Shown one piece after another: positions 1-12,200 of a DNA stretch of 64,000 bases; the stretch's first letter is position 1, and every line of letters begins with the position of its first letter. A program made the translations under genes and the position numbers. The notes beneath the pieces were generated by a model that was not told the DNA's origin, did no database searches, and worked only from the letters and a program-made list of their open reading frames with translations. The stretch is taken from positions 26,182,871 to 26,246,870 of the forward strand of contig NC_092676.1 of the NCBI RefSeq assembly GCF_964355755.1. Direction: 5' to 3'. Origin of the DNA: Antedon mediterranea. Taxonomy: Eukaryota > Animalia > Echinodermata.

Positions 1-219
1 AAAGGTTGCCATTATTTATTTATTTAACTTTTATTTTTTAATGTTTAGGACTAAACTTGATTAACTTTGACTATTTTTTAGCCCAGTCCATGATATATTA
101 ATTATTATATGGATGTTTACAATATATATAATTTATTTTTGGGTAAATAAATAAAAGAAAGAAATATCAAGGTTTAGAAGTATATAGAGTTAGACTTTTT
201 GCTTGAAAGAATTACTTAC

Positions 220-3200
220 TGCGCCACATGCGGCAAGCCTGCAGCATCCCAGCCAACGTAATCATAAAATGGTGTAACTTGTTTTCCCATATATTTCTAA
301 AAAATGTCCAGAAAATGTAATGCATTTTAATTTCTAAGATATTATAAAAGGAATAGAAGCTAAAAGGATATTTTATATTTGGGTATTCTGCCTACACTGT
401 ACCCAAACATGGTAGTAATATGCCCAAATATGGTAGTAATATGACATCATCATGTCCATATATGGGCACATCACATAAAGTTTTGATAGTGTAGACAGAG
501 CATGTAAAAAGTTAAATGAAAGAATAATTGTTGAGGGAGCCCTAACAAACATTTAAGCTCTGTCTACACTATCAAACTTTGTATGACATACATACCATAT
601 TTGGGCACATCACACTTTTTTTTGTCAAACTAGTTTGATAGGGTAGACAGAACTTTTTTATGACAGAAATGATGGTATTCCAAATGCATTTTTATTGCTA
701 AAAAGAAGTTGGGACCTTTAGGACCTCAAGAAAATGTTGGTTTAGAGAGTCCACTGTATAAATATATATAAATAACATTTGTTAGTCTTATTGCAATTTG
801 TTTAATTGAAAACAAGAATAAAAAATCACCTTAAAATCACCGTAAGCTTTAGAGCGACAGAGCATCAAGTCTATGTATCCCATGACATCACTAACAGTTG
901 TCCAAGGTATGTAGTCCATCTCGTTAGTTAGGTACTTAGTAAGATCTAAGGCTGTCACCTGACTCACTTCACCTGCTCTTGCTAGGTTAAAGGCATCGTT
1001 TATGATGGCAGATCTTGTACTCTGGGGTAACACCTTTCAAGATAAAAATATGAAAGTAGTTATCAAGAAAAAGTGCAATTCATAGAGTGATGGCGTAAGG
1101 GGACAAACTATTATATGAATGGTATGGGTTCGAACCTCTTTGGAGTAAAACCTTTCAAAATAAAAATGTGACAGTAGTTATGAAGTAAAGCTCTGTCTAC
1201 ACTATCAAACTTTAGGCGACAAAAAAATGTGATGTGCCCATATATGGACATGATGATGTCATATCACTACCATATTTGGGCATATCACACTTTATGTTAG
1301 TTACCAGTATGATAGTGTAGAGAGAGTGATATGATGAAAGGTATGGGGTCGAGTCTCTGATTAGCCATATTGATTTCATTGTTGAGGAAGATGCATTCAT
1401 TTTATTGCCTCGTTCTTCAGATGGGATGTAAAGCCTTGATCCAGTGTACATACAGTGTATAATGTTAAATATATATGGTAAGTTAGCGCTGCACTGTGTA
1501 GCTGCCATGGGTGCATAGAAGGCCTTTTATCCACTTAAATATTAGGACGTATGTAAACTTCTTATACCTGGTAGGTCTGTACTTACTGTATGATTGGTAG
1601 TTAGCTGGTTGCTTAACATCTCCCAGTTCTTGGTATCATAGTTAACACGGTAATAGTTATGATGGTTAATATTTACAAGAATCCATTCATCAAGGTCTAT
1701 GCCTGGTATTGTTGCCATTTCTAAAAAATTTGTAAACATTTCTTAATACAGTATACAATAAGGAAGTGTGTAACTGCTAATCTAGTGGTTGATATAAATT
1801 GTTCTATAAAAATAAACTAGAATCAAGAGATATTTCAATGGTATTATTGGGGAGCTGTTGCACCACTCAGCAAACTAGTACTCAATATAACTTTATGTTA
1901 AGATCAAATGTAATTGAAAAAATACAGTTGAAATGGTGATTTAACAATAATACATTTGTAAAGCTCTGTATACTATCAAACGTTATGTGACAAAAAATGT
2001 GATGTGCCCAATGGCCATGATGATGTCATATCACTACCATATTTGGGCATACTGTACCATATTTGGGGCACATCACTACCATATTTGAGCACATCACAGT
2101 TTTTTTGTAAAACTAGTTTGATAGTGTGGACATAACTTAAGAAATTAGAGCACTGTTATGTAGGACTGGTTCAGGATATCACCATGTAATTTATGGATTG
2201 ATTATCAGCAGTGGACATAAGCACTGCCGTTATACTGAGGTGTAATTTCATTAGTGTGTCCTCAACATTAAATTACAAATGTTAACATCTTTATATGTAG
2301 GTTGGTTCGCCTATAAGTAGATATTATCAGCTTCATAAATGTATTAATGTGAACATAAAAGGATACAATGTAGAATTAAATTATCATAACAGAATAATTA
2401 ATCTGAAATTGAAATACTAAATAAGTCTCAAATTTACTACCTTCAAGAAATGGATTTTATAAACATTAATAATGTCTTTAACAATGATGATTCGGTCAGT
2501 AACACCGAATTGATCTATTTTATACAGTATAATTTGTAAAATACATTTATTGTACAGAAGTCGAAAAATATATGGCCCTGGCAGAGACCTTAAATAAAAA
2601 GATCTTCTCCAGCACTCTTCTTTCCTTAAAAAAAAAAACACTTTTACCTTTTTCAACTGAGGGATCCATCCATAACTGATTTGGGTTGATAAATTGTCTC
2701 TCAGTTGCAGTAGTGTACGTCAAAGGAACCCACCATACATATCTAAAACATTTTTATATGTAAAAAAGATAAATTTGTCTTTAAACAACTTTTTAATTAT
2801 TAAAACATTAACTAATTTGAGAAAGAGAACTGGTTCTATCAGAATTGTCATCATTTCAGCGACAATGTGTGATTCAACTATAAAACGTAGCAACAGAATT
2901 ACGCCGTAATCTAAAGAATCTATTGGAATAACATTTTTATATCGATGGCACTCATTTCCAAGAAAAATGAACAAAACCTAACTTAAAACAATAAATCAAA
3001 AGTAATTTAAAGAACTACTTATGTATAGAACACAACAATTAATATAAATTTAAAGAACTTAAACAATATATAATCAATTACATTCTTCACCATACCCTAG
3101 ATCTGGATAATGTGTTGTGAAGTTTGCGACAGGGTCAATACGGAAGTGATGTTGCGTCGCTGTGAACGTATCATCGCCGTTGTAAGATCTAGTGACGTTT

Positions 3201-6200
3201 ACACTCGGAAATCCCATTTGGTCGATCCACGTTTCCATCACGGTTTTCACGTCAATGTCTTTGCCGTCTTCCTTTGCAGCCTGTCACATGATAAAAAAAA
3301 TGTTTAAGTATAATTATTATACAGATATTACATTGAATTTAACCTACTGACAAAATAAATGCATTTAGAAGTCACTTTTTTCAGAGGAAGAATGGATTGT
3401 GGCAATATTGTATATAGCTCAAAAGTAATCTCATGAGGCTGAACAACATAATGGGTGATAAGATTTAGATGTTTGTTTGTTGGACTAGGATATTATTTAA
3501 ACAAATATATTTTGTTTTTTTGATAAAAATCAAACTTACGGCCGTTAAATATAACCACAGGTCATTGTTTTCTGCATTACTGTAAGCAAAAGCGGATAAA
3601 TAGTTCTGAAACAATCAACAAACACAGTATAATTAAATATTTATTGTCCCTCAGAAACATGAAAATTAATAAAATTAGCCATTTTGCAGTTTTAATAAAG
3701 TTATTCACTTCCATAGAAAAAAAAAACACAAATAATGATTCACTTATAAAAATAAAATAAACAGTTAAATTTTTATCAAAAACTTATTCAGACAGAAAAT
3801 TTGAACATTTTTTGCCTAAAATTACAGTTATTAAGGAAATACTTTTTAAAAAGAACTACTATGCGACATTAAAATAACATATTTAAAAAAAAATTGTTTT
3901 AAATTATTTTTTCAGGGGGAAAATATATCTTCAAAACCAAAACTACCAATACTTATTCCACTTTTATAAAACCTACAATATACTTCCCATCTCCCAATGT
4001 TATTGTTACTGTATATATTTACCTTTAATCCTTTCTTGAAAGTGTCTTCACCCAAGAAAAACTGGCACATTCGAATGACGGATGACCCCTATCATACAAA
4101 TTTAAACAGTATTTATAATTGGTAATATTTCATTTATTTATTCATACACTTTTATTGCCAAAATAAAACAAAATTAGGCATAAATGAATACCATTAATAT
4201 ATAAAAAGGGAATAAGAGGTCAAAGAAGAATATTTCTATTGTTAAGTCTAAATAATAAATATAATAAACTTTAGTGTTATGTTAATTAATATTAATTAGT
4301 GGACCAATAAAATTTCTTGAACCTTGAATAAATTCAAATATAAATTATTTACTCAACTTTAATTGTAAAATGTTTTCTACATCATTTGTTAATATTAATA
4401 ATTAATTTTTGCCAAAATCTGAGTTGTGTCATTTTTACAATAGTCTTTACATTGATCTATTATTTAACTTTAACTTCGTGAAACTGTGCCACTGTATATA
4501 GTTTGTTTTATTCGTTTTTCTGCACACACATAACATTTATAAATTAAAAATAAAGAACAAAATTACCTTAGTAAAAAAAAAATTAAAAATACAAGAGACA
4601 AATTTTAAGTCATGGCTAACAGAATAAAATTTTAAAAATAAATAAAAAATAAGTGAATAAAATATTGTAATAATAATAAGATATGCATCATCAAGTGTGT
4701 CCTCCTTAATCATCCCTTCATTCTCCACATCATCCACTTCCTTTTTCTTACCTTGTTGTATGAGATTGTATCAAACATTTGGTTAATCTCAGCCGTTGTG
4801 CGTACTTCAATTGAGATTGGTCTAGATGTCTCTAAAGCATCTACTTTGAACACCGGATGAATATCACTCTCCAGAAACTGATCTTGCTAACAATAAATTA
4901 TCATAATATTAAATTGTGATATTTTGCAACAAGAAGTAAAAGAAAATATACCTTTAATTTCTCTGTTTCAGAAAATTAAAAGCTTGGCTCCAAACAAAAT
5001 GAAGGATTTTTAAATATTTTGTTTAAAAGTGATTTTAATTTATACATTGTCTTAACATAGACAAAAAAGAATAGACAACACAAATAAATACTTTTTCTAA
5101 ACAACAAAAAGCTAAATGCTTGGCCAAAAATGGCTCGAAGGAATTTATTTCATTTTACAAACACCAAAGTTAATTTTAATGTATACATTGTCCAAATTTA
5201 GACAGATTTTACTTTTTTCTTAGACAATTATTACCCGTAGTACTACTACCTACTCAGTGTGAAAATTTTTAAGAAATTAAGTTGTACAGAGTGTAGACTT
5301 ACAAAACTGAGTAATTCTTAAATGTTCTTTAAAAATTCTTAATCATTTTTAATATTTGTAGTATTAACATTGATTTTGTTTTACTTTACTAAGTTCTTAC
5401 CATTGTTTTCTTACTTTTCTAAGTTCTTACCATTTGCCAAGTTGGTTCTACATGTTCCACGCCGCTATATTCCACAAAGCTGGCAAACCCCTCATTCAAC
5501 CATGTATCATCCCACCATTTCAATGTTACCAGGTTTCCAAACCACTTAAAAAAAAAATTATCCATTTAAAATTCTACTAACACACTTTTCACAAATGTTG
5601 TAGTTTAAAAATACTGCCGCAGTTTCTTTCTTATAACATTGCTTACATACAGCAAATACAATATACATAATAATGCTATACTAAATTGGGTGCGTAATTT
5701 TACGTATCTCGGTTTTATTATACTTACTTAACCAATGCCAATTAGTATATAACTACATATTCAATTCAATTTATTCTGGATATTACAATAAAAATAGTAA
5801 CACATACATCACACATGCTAGACCAGGGGGATTCCTACAGCAAACTCAATATTAATATTAACGCAGAAAAACATGGCTTATTGCTAGTATAAATGGATTG
5901 ATGTAACCAAATTGTATCTTATTACCATGCCATTGTATGATTATCAATAATCAATTGATGACGCTGCACATTAACTGAGCTGATTGTTGGACCGTGACAA
6001 TGACTATAGGCCTGGGAATCGTGAACTGAATAATTTCTGTAATGTTTAGTAGTGCACCCTTTGTTGGATTATTTCTATGGGTCTATATAGACAAGCCCCA
6101 TGTGTTATAATAAATTTCATATTTACAGACATATTTTTGGAAAATTTGTCAATAGAGCTGAACAACCGAATTAATAGATTTTAAAAGAGAATGTTTTAAA

Positions 6201-9200
6201 AATGATATACGGTATCGAGCAATTCAGAATATAATAGATTTCTAGAATATAAATTCTGGTTTTTCCATCACATCAAATATAGTAATCACCAAAAAAATAA
6301 CACACAATATCATGCGGTCTCGCAATTTTACAGGATCCTTGTGGAGTATTCAAGAGGACAAGTACCAAGTATAATGAACATACTTTGACATTTTATAGAA
6401 CATGATTATAATTTCCTAAATACCAAAATATATACTACCGTAAGTACAGTGGACTACTATAGGTATAGAAGATAGAAAGGTACAGGAAACTCTTCCAAAC
6501 GTTGCTTTTCCTTATTGTTAAAGCATAAGCAAGCAGTATGGACTAGGGAGAGGAAGGGGAGGGGCTAGTGTATTGACTGAAGACAACCAACCTTGACCAG
6601 CCTAGTAGAGTTTGCCATCTTGCTAGGTAGGATTGTCAGGAAGACCTATTTACCAGCACTTTCTCTGCTGATCACAATTTGAAAGGGAAAAAAGGGGTTT
6701 GAACCCTACAAACCTCTACTACAGGCTTGAAACCCAACACCCTGGTTTTCAGAATTATAATCGTAAAATTTGACCATATTTTATATTTGTTTTTTTTTCT
6801 TTGACAAATATTACAGTGTGTCTATGTGGAACTCATGATTTCAGATATTATCTTGAGAAAAGTCGACATCACAAGAGAAATTTTCCAAGGTTTATTTTTT
6901 TACAATAAATATTTAAACATTTTTAGTATTTTTGCATGCATGAAATTTATATATTTTTTATTGATGTACAGTACTACTGTAGCTGTATTTATAAAAAATT
7001 TTAGTAATCAGCATTACAAATTTAAATAATGCCATGATTTTAAATTATTTATTATTATACCAACACTGTTTTCATTTGTTTTGTTTGAGAGAAAAATGTA
7101 GCCTACTTTTTCAACAGAACAGATATTCTATTTTATATTGCTATAATTTATTTCATACATTTGTGTATAGTATGAATGTTCCAAGTATGACTAAAGAGAC
7201 AGAACATCGAGCAAAAATGGATACCATTGGAGAACAAAATTGTGGTGCAAAATTTAAAGGTTAGCAGTATTTATTCAAGTGTTACATTAACATATAATAG
7301 ATAGACATTTAAAAAAAACATTGTTTTATATCTTACAGATATTACTGAAATAAAGAAATGCAGAATAAAAAAATAAGACCTAAACATCAATTGTCACTTA
7401 TCTTTTCCCCGACATAAGATAAAACAGCAAATACACGGTTGGTTTTCCCTGGACATTTCCCCCCTGGACATTTCCATTCCCCAGACATTTAACCCAGTAT
7501 TTTTACCCCTGGACACATTCCCCCCATCCCAACTGGACCATAGCCCTCTACTACATTCTCCCATCCCACACAAACATTTATATCATAATCATTATTCAAA
7601 CAAATTTATATCTGTTTTTGAAAAGTAAAGTAAAGCTTTGCCTGCACTATCAAACTTTATGTGGCAAAAAAGTGTGATTTGCCCATGGAGGTATAAAAAT
7701 ATTTTTATTATTTTTATACCTCCATGATTTGCCCATATAAAGAATGACATATTTAGGCTTATCACTACTGTACCATATTATGGCACATCACATTTTTTGT
7801 CACATAAGTTTGATAGTGTATACAAAGCTTTTTTTAATTTAAAGGCCCTAGTACTGTTTATATAAAACTCTTCATTCAATACTATTCCCTCAAATTGTCA
7901 TGGGGGAGGGGGAGGGGGGGGGAAGACAAATTACAGGGGGAAACTAGCCTGCTACCCAGATGCATCTAATCCAATGAATTTACTGAATGATTGGAATTAT
8001 ATGACAATGGTTATGACAAATAGCCTTTTTATTTTCAGATAAAGAATACGATTTCTACATAATAAGTGATGATGTTGAGTGGGAAGACAAATTATTGCAA
8101 GATCTTTCAAAAGAAAAACCTGATGTTAAGTGTCTCAGCAGAAGGGACAGGACACTTTGTAAATTCAAAATGGAGAATTTGACTGAACCAATACAGAGGT
8201 GTAAGAAAGTTGTAATAGGATTTACATCAATCTCGGAAACTTTTAACCCAGAGTTTGTCGCAGTAACAGTTGTTCAGAATATGTTGGAAAGCAAAAATCT
8301 AGGTCGCGTACAATTGATTCCTGTCAAAATAACAAAGGATGCTGTGATACCAAAATGTTTGGATACATTGACAGTAGCCAACAATTGGGAAAAAGGTTTT
8401 TGTCAGAAACTAATTGCTACTCTTCCTCAGCAAGGTACTTTTTTTTATTGTGTCTTATAAAGTATTTACTACATTTAAAATACTTCTTTTTCTTTAATCA
8501 TAAACAAATATTATTTGGACTAGACCCAATTTAATGTATAATACTGAATTTTAAATTTTTTTCTTGTCAGAAAATAGTTTGGTTAGGTTTAAAACACATG
8601 GTCAACTTCAAGCCCAAGGTATGTATCCCTATGTAGTGATAATGGATCAAAATACTGTGATTGTAATAGTATAATTTTGTTGGATAGAAAATAAATATAT
8701 ATATATATATATTCAGGTTGAAATTATCAGACCGTTAGGATAGAGTGCTCAATACCAAGGTAGCATATATATATGAATGATGGTGAAAGTGTGGATGATG
8801 TTTATTTACATTGACTCCATTTACTGGAAAACAGTGATGCTACACTTTAGACTGATGAGTTGTTGCTTATGATGGTTAATCTGTTAAAAATTATGTCATT
8901 ACTGAAAGTTGTTGTAAAAAGGAAGAGCAATGGAAGACCAACAAAATAACTACATTACAATTTTATTTCAGATAGCAACCATGATTTCTACATCATAAGT
9001 GATAATGTTGAGTGGGAAGATAAAGTTTTGCAAGGTCTTCTAAAAGTCAATCCAGATGTTAAATGCCTCAGCAGAAAAGACTGGCAACTTAGCAAACTAA
9101 AAATAGACAATTTGATAGAACCTGTACAGAGGTGCAAGAAAGTTGTTGTAGGGTTTACACCCCAATCATTGACCTGCTGTCCAGAGCTTGTTGCAGCAAC

Positions 9201-12200
9201 AGCTGTTATGGCAAAAATTGGTAATAGCATTCTAGGAAAGCTGATTCCTGTAAAAGTGACGGAAGACTCTAAGATACCCCTCTTTTTGAAACCATTATCC
9301 CTAGCTAATATCTCGAATGGTTGGGATAAAGATTTTTGCAACAAGTTGCAGTCTACTACTACAGTACAGCATGAAGGTTTGTCTATATCAGTGAACTTTG
9401 TTTTCTTATTTAAATTTATGTTAAACTCATTTTTGGCCTAATTTTACAGAATATTAATAATAATCTTTAAAGTATACACAACTACAAAAAAAATACTTCT
9501 TTCCTTTTATTGTGGAAACATTTTAATTAATTTATCGGACTCGTCGTATTTATTTTATACATAATACTCGACAGTATATACAGTTTTTGTAATAATTTTT
9601 TTGTAACACATATGCAAAAATTTTATTTAAAATCTCCTGAATGTACACATTTTAAACTGAATCAATTATTTTGTTTCATAGAAACTGTAACAGAATATGT
9701 GCGTAAGCAGATATTGACTGACAATGGCAAGAAGACTACGTCATCTACAATGAATAAAATCTTGAATGATCTAATTCCTAATGGTTATTATGACTTTTAT
9801 TATGATGATGATCAAGACCACTTTGATGACAAACAATACCTTAATGATGATCAAGACCTTTATGATTTTGATAATCAAGACTACTTTGATGATAATCAAG
9901 GCCATTGTGATTTTGATAATCAAGACCACTTTGATGATAATCAAGGCCATTGTGATTTTGATAATCAAGGCCACTTTGATGATAATCAAGGCCATTGTGA
10001 TTTTGATAATCAAGACCACTTTGATGATAATCAAGGCCATTGTGATTTTGATAATCAAGACCACTTTGATGATAATCAAGGCCATTGTGATTTTGATAAT
10101 CAAGACCACTTTGATGATAATCAAGGCCATTGTGATTTTGATAATCAAGACCACTTTGATGATAATCAAGGCCATTGTGATTTTGATAATCAAGACCACT
10201 TTGATGATAATCAAGGCCATTGTGATTTTGATAATCAAGACCACTTTGATGATAATCAAGGCCATTGTGATTTTGATAATCAAGACCACTTTGATGATAA
10301 TCAAGGCCATTGTGATTTTGATAATCAAGACCACTTTGATGATAATCAAGGCCATTGTGATTTTGATAATCAAGACCACTTTGATGATAATCAAGGCCAT
10401 TGTGATTTTGATAATCAAGACCACTTTGATGATAATCAAGACCATTATGATTTTGGTAATCAAGACCACTTTGATGATAATCAAGACCATTATGATTTTG
10501 ATAATCAAGACCACTTTGATGATAATCAAGACCATTATGATTTTGGTAATGAAGAATGATGATGATCAAGACCTTTATTTTGACTATGATTGACACCGAT
10601 TTTTCAGATGATTATTGGATTTGTTCATTCTTGTTCCTATTGGCTACCATATTCATAGTTATTGAACGTTTTTTTTCCATCGAAAAATGATTAAATTAAA
10701 ACTTATATTGTTGTTTTGTAATTTTATTTGATAATGGATGTTAACATTAGGCACAGGAGCCCCGGATAGCGTTACGAAGTCGTTAACTCTGTCAGCCCAT
10801 GGTCAGCCCAACTAATGTGTTTTTCCCAAGGACAACTTATCAATAACTAAACTTTGTCACCACCCATAAGTGTGCTGTTCATTTCCTATTGACCAATGAA
10901 CACCAATGTAACTGGACCTGAGTTTCTTGCTATTCGACCTTGGGTGCAAATTATACAATTAATTGATGTTAAGGCCACTGACTACTCTTTTCTGTATAGA
11001 AACACTGAATTGACTGAATAATAAGAAAACCCTACAATAATTTCTACTACTACTTGATATGGTGTTATACAAGAACTATATTAAAAGAATTGAATGTATG
11101 GAGAATGAAAAGTTAAACGTTATAACTTATGTAAAACATCACTTAGATGATATCTATCAGATATATCATTTTCTAAAAATTGTTTCATTAGTTAGAATAG
11201 ATCACAGAAAACCAATACCAATACTGATCTGGACTCGGAAATTCAAAATGTAGCAGGCAACGTTTCACCAATGAAAACTTTCAAGACAAACAAAGTATCA
11301 TAATTATCATGATATCCATTTTTATTTAATAACGATAAATGGATATAAATATTTCGTCTTTTTTGTTATTTTGTGATGGAAAATATATTGAGTGAACATT
11401 GGCACTGAGCTTAAATGTTCCCCGTCCCCTTAATGTCCGCTTTATAGGAGTGTCCCCTCAGTAAAGATTTGCTGTTTTTCCCCTTAATAATAAATTATGA
11501 TGTCCATCTTATCTCAATTTTAATGTGCTACACCCGATAATAGAATACACATCTAGCTCGTGTGTACTTAAAGAACCTAGTACATCTTTCGAGACGAGTG
11601 GAGGGTTACCCCGGTGTACTAGTACATCACAGCCACTGATCACCAACTGGGCCCTCTGGGAGACCAGTCTTTGACTGAAGAGGTTACCCAGTATAAATAT
11701 ATATTTCAATTCAATTCAATAGAATAACTGTACAGTAGGCTCCCATTTGATGCAATGTGTTAACCAATGTTCTCAATTTGATTGTGCTACCCAAATCCAT
11801 GCTATCCATTTGAAATAATTTGCTATCCATTTGAAAGAATGTGCTACCCGATCATCCGTATAGAATAATGTACAGTACAATTATATCCATTTGATTGTGC
11901 TACCTAATGTGCTATCCATTTGAAAGAATGTGCTACCCGATAATCCGTATAGAATAATGTACAGTACAGTACTATATCCATTTGATTGTGCTACCCAATG
12001 TGCTATCCATTTGAAAGAATGTGCTATCCATTTGAAAGAATGTGCTACCCAATAATCCGTATAAAATAATGTACAGTACTATATCCATTTGATTGTGCTA
12101 CCTAATGTGCTATCCATTTGAAAGAATGTGCTACCCGATAATCCTTATAGAATAATGTACAGTACTATATCCATTTGGCTGTGCTACCTAATGTGCTATC

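Noticed and set aside
5388-5434. Duplicated splice donor (ATG|GTAAGAACTTAG twice, 30 nt apart) after the WFGN exon
   Set aside because: Using the distal donor would include an in-frame TAG; most likely a neutral local duplication.
5826-6500. NF-kB/ETS-like words (GGGGATTCCT, AGGAAAC) upstream of the nested TIR gene
   Set aside because: Short imperfect motifs are expected by chance, and the TSS is unknown.
7339-7376. Acceptor-like site giving [12 protein letters not shown] after the first coding exon of the nested gene
   Set aside because: It leads to an immediate stop and cannot be supported as a real terminal exon without transcript data.
9771-10596. Three extra long ORFs over the 45-bp repeat (Ile-rich on both strands; GLDYHQS on the minus strand)
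   Set aside because: These are by-products of a stop-free repeat. Only the Asp-rich frame is joined by a phase-compatible acceptor to the upstream exons.
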